Shown piece by piece: positions 8,197 to 16,083 of a stretch of 64,000 nt of DNA. The position numbers and the translations under genes are program-made. The DNA lies in assembly GCA_016177025.1 (NCBI GenBank), contig JACOWB010000007.1, positions 7,751-71,750 of the forward strand, given 5' to 3'. Origin of the DNA: Candidatus Aenigmatarchaeota archaeon. GTDB taxonomy: Archaea; Aenigmatarchaeota; Aenigmatarchaeia; CG10238-14; SCSR01. The notes below the pieces were generated by a model that saw only the letters and a list, made by a program, of their open reading frames with translations, ran no database searches and was not told the DNA's origin. The stretch's first letter is position 1. Each line of letters opens with the position of its first letter.

Positions 8197-8814
8197 ATGT
8201 TGGAGCAAATCGAGAAAACTATAACAGAATTGAAGAAAAGCGATAAAAAAAACTTTGTTCAAAGTGTCGACTTGGTTGTTTCTTTGAAGGGCATTGATTT
8301 GAAAAAGCCTGAGAGCAAGTTTTCCGAAGATTTGGTTCTTCCTCATGGGAGAGAGAAGGATGCGACTGTTGTCGTTTTTTCGGACAACCTAAAGGATTTG
8401 GGATGCGACATCCTTTCGTCTGCTGACATACAGAGGATTGCAGGCGACAAAAGGGAAGCAAAAAACATTGCTGGAAACACAGACTTCTTTTTATCCGAGC
8501 CTCCATTGATGCCTCTCATAGGGAAAGTATTGGGGCAGACATTGGCCCCTAGAGGAAAGATGCCGAAGCTTATAACAGGGGATCCAGCGAAGCTTGTTGA
8601 AAATTATAAGAGGAGTGTTAGGATTGGTGTGAAAAACTCGCCGGTGATACAATGTTTTGTCGGCAAGGAGAACATGGACACTGGGAAAACCGCTGAGAAC
8701 GTTGAAGCTGTTATAAAATTTTTGGAGACCAAGCTGCCGCGGGGAAGACAGAACATAGGAAAGGTTTTGTTGAAGCTCACAATGGGCAAACCTGTAAAAA
8801 TTGAGGTGAAATGA
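8197..8814 (+). CDS. rpl1: 50S ribosomal protein L1
   Basis: ATG at 8197 is preceded by GGAGGG. NFVQSVDLVVSLKGIDLKKPE...LAPRGKMP matches L1. The ORF track begins upstream at 8158. Confidence 0.92.
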   Translation: MLEQIEKTITELKKSDKKNFVQSVDLVVSLKGIDLKKPESKFSEDLVLPHGREKDATVVVFSDNLKDLGCDILSSADIQRIAGDKREAKNIAGNTDFFLSEPPLMPLIGKVLGQTLAPRGKMPKLITGDPAKLVENYKRSVRIGVKNSPVIQCFVGKENMDTGKTAENVEAVIKFLETKLPRGRQNIGKVLLKLTMGKPVKIEVK

Positions 8815-9551
8815 TGTCGAGGGAAACTAAGGAAAAGGAATTGAAAGAACTGAAGGACTTGTTTGGAAAATACAGGGTTGTTTGCATAGTCGATATGGTG
8901 AAGATGCCGACCAAAGAAATGCAGATGATTAAAAAATCACTTGGCGGTAGGGCGTTTGTAAAAATGAACAAAAAATCCATGGTGGAGATGGCTATGAAAG
9001 AAACTGGGAAGGACCTCATAGAACACCTGCCAAAGCAACCGGCATTAGTTTTCACGGAAATGGATCCGTTTGTCTTTTTTAAAGAGGTAAACAACATGAA
9101 GTTCAAGGTTTATGCTAATGAGGGGTATGCAGTGGACAAGGATGTAATTGTGTCTCCAGGTCCGACGGAACTTTTGCCTGGCCCGGCAATAAGCGAACTG
9201 CAGAAAGTTGGAATCATTGCGGGCGTTGAAGGAGGGAAAATCGCTGTAAAAAAGCAGTCGAAAATTCTTGGGAAAGGACAGGAAGTCACAAAAGACGTTG
9301 CTAGTGTATTGAGGAAGCTTAAAATGCAGGTTGCTGAGATAAGATTAAATGTCAGCGCAATTTTTGACGGAATGTTATACGACAAGGAAACACTGCAGCT
9401 GGTTGAGATATACCCGCAGAGGCTGAAGGAAGCATTCAATCAAGCTTTAAATCTTTCTGTCGCTATAGAATATCCTGCAAAAGAAAACGTTAAATATCTG
9501 TTAATGAAAGCTTATCAGAGAGAAAAGGCGTTGGAGAAGAGGATTGGTTAA
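8811..9551 (+). CDS. rpl10: 50S ribosomal protein L10 / P0 (acidic stalk base), short form
   Basis: Starts with an ATGA overlap on the L1 stop. YRVVCIVDMVKMPTKEMQMIKKSLGGRAFVKMNKKSM matches P0. At 246 aa it ends ...KALEKRIG, with no acidic tail. Confidence 0.9.
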   Translation: MMSRETKEKELKELKDLFGKYRVVCIVDMVKMPTKEMQMIKKSLGGRAFVKMNKKSMVEMAMKETGKDLIEHLPKQPALVFTEMDPFVFFKEVNNMKFKVYANEGYAVDKDVIVSPGPTELLPGPAISELQKVGIIAGVEGGKIAVKKQSKILGKGQEVTKDVASVLRKLKMQVAEIRLNVSAIFDGMLYDKETLQLVEIYPQRLKEAFNQALNLSVAIEYPAKENVKYLLMKAYQREKALEKRIG

Positions 9552-9552
9552 G

Positions 9553-9846
9553 ATGCAAGAAGTTTATGCTGTATTGATGTTGCATGAAAGCGGCCAAGCT
9601 GTAAACGAGGATAATGTAAAGAAGGTTTTGTCCAGTGTCGGATCTAACGTTGATGATGCGAAGATTAAAGCTTTGGTTGCGAGCTTGTCTGGCGTGAATA
9701 TTGATGACGCATTGAAGGAAGCTGTTTCTTTTACCAATGCGCCAGCTGCTGCAGCACCAACTGAGAAGAAGGAAGAAAAGTCAGAAGAAGAGGAAGCGAA
9801 AGCCGCTGAGCAAGCAAGCGCGGGATTGAGTTCTCTGTTTGGCTGA
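9553..9846 (+). CDS. rpl12: 50S ribosomal protein L12 / P1 (acidic stalk)
   Basis: MQEVYAVLMLHESGQAVNEDNVKKVL...EEKSEEEEAKAAEQASAGLSSLFG, with the canonical acidic tail ending in LFG. Confidence 0.93.
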   Translation: MQEVYAVLMLHESGQAVNEDNVKKVLSSVGSNVDDAKIKALVASLSGVNIDDALKEAVSFTNAPAAAAPTEKKEEKSEEEEAKAAEQASAGLSSLFG

Positions 9847-9884
9847 CATGTTGTATTTAAGAATTTTACTGGATAACAAATTCT

Positions 9885-10499
9885 ATGCAAAGACTGATAG
9901 AACTGGCTGGCGGGATAGAAAATACAGAACTTAGAAAAAAAGTAATTGAACTGATTAAAAATCCGAAACTGTCTAATACCGATTTTCAGAAATATCCGAA
10001 AGGTGATTTGGAAAAAGTCAAAACGCCTTTCTCTGTAGGTGATATGGGTGTTGTCGTCAGAGAAGTTATCAATCATACTGTGACAAACACGGAATTGTGC
10101 TGGCAGATCGCAGATACTTTTGAGAAAAATTATGGTGTGAAAGTGAATAGGGATGTTTTGATTGCAGGTTCATTGTTGCATGATATAATGAAGGTGTACG
10201 AATGGAAAATTGATGAGGAAGGTGACCCTATTCCTACCGGACTAACAATGGATCATGTTTTTCTTGGTGTAGCTGAATTATATGCAAGGGGATTCTCCGA
10301 GGAAATAATACATGTGGTTGCAGCCACTCAAGGTGAACGGACACCACCTAAAAGTTTGGAGGCATTAATTTTGCATTATGTTGACACTCTGACCTCGTTG
10401 ACGGAGTTTTTCACAGGAGCTAGGCATAAGAAACCTCAGACGCCTGTCATTGTTCTAGATGAGGAGACTTTCAAGAAAATGAAGGAAGAAAAGGATTAG
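9885..10499 (+). CDS. HD-domain metal-dependent phosphohydrolase
   Basis: 204 aa. H...LLHDIMK, then MDH and HYVD, give the H-HD-H-D spacing of the HD superfamily. Confidence 0.7.
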   Translation: MQRLIELAGGIENTELRKKVIELIKNPKLSNTDFQKYPKGDLEKVKTPFSVGDMGVVVREVINHTVTNTELCWQIADTFEKNYGVKVNRDVLIAGSLLHDIMKVYEWKIDEEGDPIPTGLTMDHVFLGVAELYARGFSEEIIHVVAATQGERTPPKSLEALILHYVDTLTSLTEFFTGARHKKPQTPVIVLDEETFKKMKEEKD

Positions 10500-10948
10500 T
10501 TGTCTTTCAATTCATGAATTGCTTTTCTAAGCTTTTTATTCAGATCTTCATTGTCTGTATATAATATTATTTCACATTTTGTTGTTTCTTTGAAACCGCG
10601 ATACATTAAACCTGATAACGAATTTGTATCAAAATCCTTATGTGGAACTATAATAATTGGCTTCTTTAATATCGCTGCCATCCCTAAAACTATGTTTGTA
10701 CCAATTCCTCTGCAGGGGTGGATGGCTAGCAACAAGTCGGATGTTTTTAGTTCGTTAGTTAATTTTTCGAATACGGTTTTTGGGTTGTATGTGACTCTAC
10801 CCCATTGAAGAAAATCTCTGTATGTTATATAAGTTGAAAATTTCAGTTTTTTCAGAATAGAATCGACATAATTTATCAGTTTAATTAGCTCCTCTTTATC
10901 TTCAGGATAATGTGAATGTGTTAACGGTGCTGTTATATAAACCTTCAT
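10496..10948 (-). CDS. nucleoside 2-deoxyribosyltransferase-like (NDT/DNPH1-fold) protein, paralog 1
   Basis: 150 aa. KVYITAPLT N-terminus, YRDFLQWG, TSDLLLAIHP and GIGTNIVLGMAAILKKPIIIV. It aligns end to end with the 14109-14567 protein. It has Val where paralog 2 has Glu. Confidence 0.65.
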   Translation of the reverse strand: MKVYITAPLTHSHYPEDKEELIKLINYVDSILKKLKFSTYITYRDFLQWGRVTYNPKTVFEKLTNELKTSDLLLAIHPCRGIGTNIVLGMAAILKKPIIIVPHKDFDTNSLSGLMYRGFKETTKCEIILYTDNEDLNKKLRKAIHELKDN

Positions 10949-10991
10949 AGGTTTGAATTGGTATTTATAAAATTAAATTATAGTTGATTAG

Positions 10992-12086
10992 ATGGAAATA
11001 ATTGAAGATACTATTAAACCTGCTGTAGAATTTTTCAAAATAATGAAGAGGGGAAGTAAAGTTGCCATAGTTCATGGTCATGATAATGACAGTATCTGTT
11101 CTGCGGCTATAATATACAAATTGTTGAAAATTGTACATAAGACTGAAGCGAGATTGATTGTATCTGGATTAAATTCTGCGGTCACGGAAGATGCTATAGA
11201 AAAAATCAAAAAAATCAAACCCGACTATGTAATCATAGTGGATATATCCGATGTTCCTGTAAGTATTTTGACAGAACTTAGAAACATTTCACAAGTAATG
11301 ATTATAGATCACCACGTACCAAAAGGTTATGTTAAGATAATATACGTGAATCCGAGAGTTTTTGACAGGGAAATTTATTTGCCCGCGACTTATCTTTGCT
11401 ACAAAATTTACGAAAAGTTTTTGGATGTGGAAAAAATTCTCTGGATATCTGGCATTGGAACACTGTCTGATATGGGAATGAAAAATTGCAGTGACCTGTT
11501 TGAAAGTATCAAATCAAACGACAAAGAACTGATTGGAAACAATGAAAACATAGATGAAATTTTGTTTGATAATTCTTTACTTGGCAAATTGGCGAAGATG
11601 TTTGACAGCGGTAGAGTTGTTGTGGGTATTGATGGTTCTGTATCGGCGTTGAATGTCTTGCTTAAATCGGAAAACTATCAGGAAGTCTTACAAGGAAAGT
11701 ACGGAAGTAAAAACTTGTTGGGATGGTATTCTGTCTCAGAGAAGGAATTCAACCGACTTGTGAAAGATTTTGAGAAAAAGAAGAAACGGATTAAAAGATT
11801 TGTGATGTATGAAGTAAAGTCGAAGTATAATATGAAATCTCCGCTGGCTACTTATTTGTCTAAGATTCTTACGAACGAAGTTCTTGTGATATATCAGAGG
11901 TCTGGAAAGTACATCGATGTCAGTTTCAGGAGAGGGAAGGTTTGTATTGTGGATTTGAACCAGCTGGCTGGAAATTCTGTCAAGGATATACCAGACTCGA
12001 ATGGCGGTGGGCATATTCAGGCGGCAGGTGCGAGGTTTCCGGCCCGCTATTTAGACAGATTTCTGAGAAATTTAAAGTCTAAGTAG
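10992..12086 (+). CDS. DHH/DHHA1-family phosphoesterase (NrnA/RecJ-like)
   Basis: 364 aa. Motifs HGHDNDSICSA, IIVDISD, IIDHH and GTLSDMG, plus the DHHA1 motif GGGHIQAAGA. Confidence 0.85.
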   Translation: MEIIEDTIKPAVEFFKIMKRGSKVAIVHGHDNDSICSAAIIYKLLKIVHKTEARLIVSGLNSAVTEDAIEKIKKIKPDYVIIVDISDVPVSILTELRNISQVMIIDHHVPKGYVKIIYVNPRVFDREIYLPATYLCYKIYEKFLDVEKILWISGIGTLSDMGMKNCSDLFESIKSNDKELIGNNENIDEILFDNSLLGKLAKMFDSGRVVVGIDGSVSALNVLLKSENYQEVLQGKYGSKNLLGWYSVSEKEFNRLVKDFEKKKKRIKRFVMYEVKSKYNMKSPLATYLSKILTNEVLVIYQRSGKYIDVSFRRGKVCIVDLNQLAGNSVKDIPDSNGGGHIQAAGARFPARYLDRFLRNLKSK

Positions 12087-12250
12087 ATGTTTAGAGGAAA
12101 TTAGAGGATTTTCCAGGTGTAAAAAGTCTATATAAAACTAATATGACTAAGATAAGTTCTATATTGTCTCCTTTCCGAAACATGTGGGAAATGACCCCCT
12201 CCGAAAGACAGGTATATCCAGTTAGCGAATTCTATTTAGGTGAATAGAAA

Positions 12251-12448
12251 ATGAAATGCTTCCGATGCGGCTCATTTAGGATGATAAGATTTATAGACGG
12301 GTTCGGATCAAGAAGAATTTTCTGTAGAGGATGTTCAGGAAGTTTTCTGGATGCTTCAATCATCAGTCAGGAACAGACAAGGTTGCCTCACTTTAACACT
12401 TACTATAACAAAAGAGCGATAATTAGGCACTTTTCAAGGAGGGATTAA
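12251..12448 (+). CDS. small zinc-ribbon protein
   Basis: 65 aa with CxxC-x17-CxxC (MKCFRCGS...FCRGCSG). A hairpin (12230-12249) lies just upstream of the ATG. Confidence 0.45.
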   Translation: MKCFRCGSFRMIRFIDGFGSRRIFCRGCSGSFLDASIISQEQTRLPHFNTYYNKRAIIRHFSRRD

Positions 12449-12449
12449 A

Positions 12450-12569
12450 ATGGAAGAAATAGCTACTGTAACGAAGACGTTACTTTTAGATAGAGGATTG
12501 AGAAAAATACGATTGAATGTCATCAGGAAAAACAATATGATAGGATGTATTGTGCCATATGATAGGTGA
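12450..12569 (+). CDS. small ORF (39 aa), hypothetical
   Basis: Hand-translated as MEEIATVTKTLLLDRGLRKIRLNVIRKNNMIGCIVPYDR. A strong GGAGGG lies 8 nt upstream, and the ORF starts 1 nt after the previous stop. Confidence 0.35.
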   Translation: MEEIATVTKTLLLDRGLRKIRLNVIRKNNMIGCIVPYDR

Positions 12570-12574
12570 CTGTA

Positions 12575-12682
12575 ATGAGAGGCATGGAGTTGTGTATGAA
12601 ATGTGGAGATTTAATGATAGAAGTCAAGAATTGTTTGATTAGATGCTTTAGTTGTGGTTATGAAGAAGGAAGCTGCTCTTGA
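12575..12682 (+). CDS. small zinc-ribbon protein (35 aa)
   Basis: Hand-translated as MRGMELCMKCGDLMIEVKNCLIRCFSCGYEEGSCS, with CxxC-x13-CxxC. Confidence 0.35.
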   Translation: MRGMELCMKCGDLMIEVKNCLIRCFSCGYEEGSCS

Positions 12683-12708
12683 TTTTATTTTTCTCCCCTT
12701 TCTTTTCT

Positions 12709-14058
12709 TCAATAAGTACTTCCTTTGCTTGATGCTGCACCTTCTGGTTGAGAACGATCTATTCTAGTTCCCATTCTGATTGCACCACCTATTACATAAA
12801 ATAATGCTGAAGTTGGATGTTCTATATGTTGTCCTTCGTAAGGTCTCATTGTATTGGCTGGTGTATGAAATTCCGAATCGGGTCTGAAGACTTCGTAAAG
12901 TATTCCATAAGCAGTTTTGTCATTGAATTGCATTTGCTCAAAATCCGGAGTTCCAACATGTAAGTAGGTTTCAACTCTAAAATCTTGCATCATTTGTTCC
13001 AAATAATGTAAAGTTATGTCATCTTCGCCCATGAACTGGGGTGTGTAATTTCCAACAAAAGAATATCTGTTGCTAACACCCACTGTTGCTAAAACAAATT
13101 TATTACCATCGACGTAAAAATCATAACCAAACCTGACTAATCTGTTCCTATTTGATGACACAGCTTGAAAAAGCGCTTTCCCTTGCGGTATCCCTTCATC
13201 TTCTGTAGTATGATGTCTTCCTATACTACCTCCAGCTATAATAAGATCTGACTTACTACGTCTGGCTAACATTCTTTGATGATCTGCGAATCTTGCGAGA
13301 TACGGTCTGTCTAATGGTGATGATAACTCTATTGATGATTCGCCACTACCATCGAGATTTACCATGCAGCCAAGTGTGGCTTCACCATGTGAAGTAATTA
13401 AGTATGCTCTCCTCGGTTCCAACGGTTCTCCGCCTATTCCTTGCGATCGTCTCGCTTTCCGTTGTCTTTCTGCGTTTGCCAATGCTTTGAATACGTCCTC
13501 GACTCTATGATGAAGATCTGCTAAACTGTCACCATACGGGATAGAGCCTGGTGTCCGAAAACGTTCGAATGGAGCGGACAGTAGAAGTATATCTTCACCT
13601 CTGCTGGAGGCATATTCAGTTAAATAATCACTTATGCCGCTCTTTATTTTTTCAGATATTTCGATGTCGCGATTATTAAGTAATCCTTCTGTATCAAAAT
13701 AAAGATGTATAGTTGGTCTCTCTGATTTCCTTACAGCTGCTACAGTCACAACTTTACCGAAACCTATTGCAGAACAACCTGTTTCAAAAGTGGGTTCACC
13801 TCTTTCTTGAATCAGTCTATTAATTTGACCTCCCATTTCCCTGCCAGTTTCTCCCCATGCATCATCTTCATTAAAGTTATTTATGGTCACATCTGCTGCG
13901 AGACCGGCGTGTGTTTTCATTTGTTCAACACCACCATGGCCAAGCAAAAATTTACTATGTTCACCTTCAGCTATTGGTGGAGAAAATAATCTTAACAAAT
14001 CCGTAGAGGAGTTTCTGCCATCTAATTCTGGATTTTTGATAATAACTTCGGTAGACAT
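12709..14058 (-). CDS. orphan protein E of the candidate system (449 aa, function unknown)
   Basis: Long ORF and last gene of the minus-strand operon. Lys-poor (14/449) and rich in Arg/Gly/His. No P-loop, TM helix, signal peptide or Cys cluster recognised. Confidence 0.8.
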   Translation of the reverse strand: MSTEVIIKNPELDGRNSSTDLLRLFSPPIAEGEHSKFLLGHGGVEQMKTHAGLAADVTINNFNEDDAWGETGREMGGQINRLIQERGEPTFETGCSAIGFGKVVTVAAVRKSERPTIHLYFDTEGLLNNRDIEISEKIKSGISDYLTEYASSRGEDILLLSAPFERFRTPGSIPYGDSLADLHHRVEDVFKALANAERQRKARRSQGIGGEPLEPRRAYLITSHGEATLGCMVNLDGSGESSIELSSPLDRPYLARFADHQRMLARRSKSDLIIAGGSIGRHHTTEDEGIPQGKALFQAVSSNRNRLVRFGYDFYVDGNKFVLATVGVSNRYSFVGNYTPQFMGEDDITLHYLEQMMQDFRVETYLHVGTPDFEQMQFNDKTAYGILYEVFRPDSEFHTPANTMRPYEGQHIEHPTSALFYVIGGAIRMGTRIDRSQPEGAASSKGSTY

Positions 14059-14108
14059 AAAATTCCTACATTCAGGTTTTAGAAAGATATCTTCTAATAT
14101 TTAAAAGC

Positions 14109-14567
14109 TTATTGTTTGATACCGTCAAGTTCTTCTCTTAGTTTTGTTCTAAGATCCATTATGTCCTTGAATTTGATTATTTTCGAGTTCGCAACACCGC
14201 TTAATCCAGAATGCATAACACTAATTCTTTCTTTTTCGTTTATAAGGATCAGAATTTTTTTCTTGAATGCCGATGCCCATCCTAGCTCTATGTTGACGCC
14301 AACACTTTGCTCTGGATATGCAATTAATAAATCAGAACTTTGAAGTTCAATCATAGATTTTTTACCTACTTCATGCTCATCTATGTTAGCTGTACCCCAT
14401 TTATGCAAATCTCTATGTGGAAGAAATGTTTGAAATCCTTGCTCCCTCGCTACGGACTCGATAGAATCTAAAAAATTTATGTAAGAAATATCTGTTATTT
14501 CTCCGTGGTGTGCGCTACTCTGCGTGGATGATTTGCTTGTATATGGTGCGGCTATGTATGCTTTCAT
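14109..14567 (-). CDS. nucleoside 2-deoxyribosyltransferase-like (NDT/DNPH1-fold) protein, paralog 2
   Basis: 152 aa. KAYIAAPYT, HRDLHKWG, SSDLLIAYPE and GVNIELGWASAFKKKILIL. The Glu in NIELG sits at the position of the NDT/DNPH1 catalytic Glu. Confidence 0.7.
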   Translation of the reverse strand: MKAYIAAPYTSKSSTQSSAHHGEITDISYINFLDSIESVAREQGFQTFLPHRDLHKWGTANIDEHEVGKKSMIELQSSDLLIAYPEQSVGVNIELGWASAFKKKILILINEKERISVMHSGLSGVANSKIIKFKDIMDLRTKLREELDGIKQ

Positions 14568-14571
14568 TTAA

Positions 14572-15204
14572 TCATTCTTTCGGATTTAATTCACCATCAA
14601 AATCTCTAAAAAGAATAGGGGGCAGATATTCCACATATTGTCCTGATATACCGGCTCTAACCAATCTATCAGTCAACTTGTTAAATTCATCGCGGTCGTT
14701 TGAGGAGGCTCTTATTCTTATCCCCTGCCCGACTTGGATAGCATAATTGACTATTCTGGACTGGTGTTCGTCATTTTCTAACAGGTCACTCAAATCAGAC
14801 ACAAATCTCGGTGTAAGCCTTTGGTCGAGTGGTCTGCCGAAAAACCATCTGTGATAATAAGCATTTAGCTCATCTCGAGTTAGAACTTGGCCGTTTTCAT
14901 TTCTAAATCCGTTTGACGATATAACTCGTGTTATCTCTGCTGGCGGATTTCCATTATAAAATGCCCTCAGATACTGGGCTGGTGGATCGTTTCTTACTAC
15001 AAAAATTCCTGTGACTGTTTGAAAAGAATCGGCCGCATCAAGCAGTCTGAGATCGGGATAGCTTTCTGGATGCTCTATGAAAGGCTGGGAATATACGCCC
15101 AGCGCATCTCTTAAAGTCAATCCTTCTGATGGCCGTAAATATCCTACCCCAATAAACAGCCTAGGATTTTTTTCGTCTGTGCCTTTTTGTGTTTCCTCTG
15201 CCAT
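14572..15204 (-). CDS. orphan protein C of the candidate system (210 aa, function unknown)
   Basis: The ATG overlaps the stop of the upstream gene by 1 nt (TAATG). Lys 4/210. No motif recognised. Confidence 0.75.
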   Translation of the reverse strand: MAEETQKGTDEKNPRLFIGVGYLRPSEGLTLRDALGVYSQPFIEHPESYPDLRLLDAADSFQTVTGIFVVRNDPPAQYLRAFYNGNPPAEITRVISSNGFRNENGQVLTRDELNAYYHRWFFGRPLDQRLTPRFVSDLSDLLENDEHQSRIVNYAIQVGQGIRIRASSNDRDEFNKLTDRLVRAGISGQYVEYLPPILFRDFDGELNPKE

Positions 15205-16076
15205 TAAGAATCACCTATAGTAACATGGTTCCCGAGTCTTGAAGATCCGCCAAGAACATCTAATCTCAGACTGACTATTTGAGGCTGTGGAATAATCACA
15301 CCTGCACGAGCGGCCAAGTCTGGTATGTCATTCCTAACTGAGCTTACTTTAGATGCGATGCGCTTAACATAAGGAGACAAGATTTCAACGAAGTACTCAA
15401 ACCCAGGCATTGTCAAGTATCTTACTGGTCCGTATGGCACACCGTCCGGAGTAGGATAAAGTAGATCAAACGTTTCTGGATCATGCAAGAATCTCAATCC
15501 ACTAACATTTGCAAGACCGTAAGTCGAACCATCGGTTGACGTTTGGAGAGCAACATGACCTGCGTTAAGCCTGTCGTGATATTGACCTGTAAAAACATTT
15601 GTAACTGCGGAAATTCCTGTGGTAGGGCCGGGATTTAACATGTCTTCTCCGACAACTAGGAGAGGCGTGGGTCGTGAAAAGTCTGACCTTGAGGAGTAAT
15701 TGTTGTGTGACAATCTTCCTCTTCTATGACCATGCGGGTCTCCGCTACTTTTCATTTCCAGTGTGCCGACATAAACATGACTCATCAACCTCTGCATTTG
15801 ATCTAAAAATTCTGGGCTGCCTTCTGGGGCTTCAATATATCTGGCAAAATCCTCTTCTCCAACGCCGTGTATGGAAGGTGGAGCGTATCTAAGAGATATT
15901 AATGTTTGCTTTCTTCCGCCATGGCTCACTCCCACGAATTTTGGGTATTCCGGTTTTTCGGGATTGTGGTACTCTTCCATAAGCTCCTCAAGATCCCTTC
16001 CTTCTCTTCTTCTAGTCTGCGGAGATATATCGCTACTTGCTTCTCTCAAGATTTTGATGAAATTATACCATATCAT
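15204..16076 (-). CDS. orphan protein B of the candidate system (290 aa, function unknown)
   Basis: Starts 7 nt after the wHTH gene. No Cys and Lys 7/290. It shares a short motif with protein E (PKFVGVSHGGRKQ versus SKFLLGHGGVEQ). Confidence 0.75.
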   Translation of the reverse strand: MIWYNFIKILREASSDISPQTRRREGRDLEELMEEYHNPEKPEYPKFVGVSHGGRKQTLISLRYAPPSIHGVGEEDFARYIEAPEGSPEFLDQMQRLMSHVYVGTLEMKSSGDPHGHRRGRLSHNNYSSRSDFSRPTPLLVVGEDMLNPGPTTGISAVTNVFTGQYHDRLNAGHVALQTSTDGSTYGLANVSGLRFLHDPETFDLLYPTPDGVPYGPVRYLTMPGFEYFVEILSPYVKRIASKVSSVRNDIPDLAARAGVIIPQPQIVSLRLDVLGGSSRLGNHVTIGDS

Positions 16077-16083
16077 ATTACCA

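Noticed and set aside
9564-10076. 170-aa minus-strand ORF opposite the P1 gene and the start of the HD-domain gene
   Set aside because: It is antisense to two plus-strand genes that have clear motifs, and its translation is low-complexity.
11951-11961. GGATTTGAACC (T-loop-like GGTTCAAATCC on the minus strand)
   Set aside because: It lies inside the DHH phosphoesterase CDS. The flanks give no T-stem, acceptor or D-arm pairing, so it is not a tRNA.
12709-16076. Using elevated G+C alone to call the orphan genes horizontally acquired
   Set aside because: Native ribosomal-protein genes are at least as G+C-rich (for example 36/60 at 6301-6360). Nucleotide composition is therefore not diagnostic. 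Only the amino-acid bias (Lys 2-3%) is retained as evidence, and it does not prove transfer.
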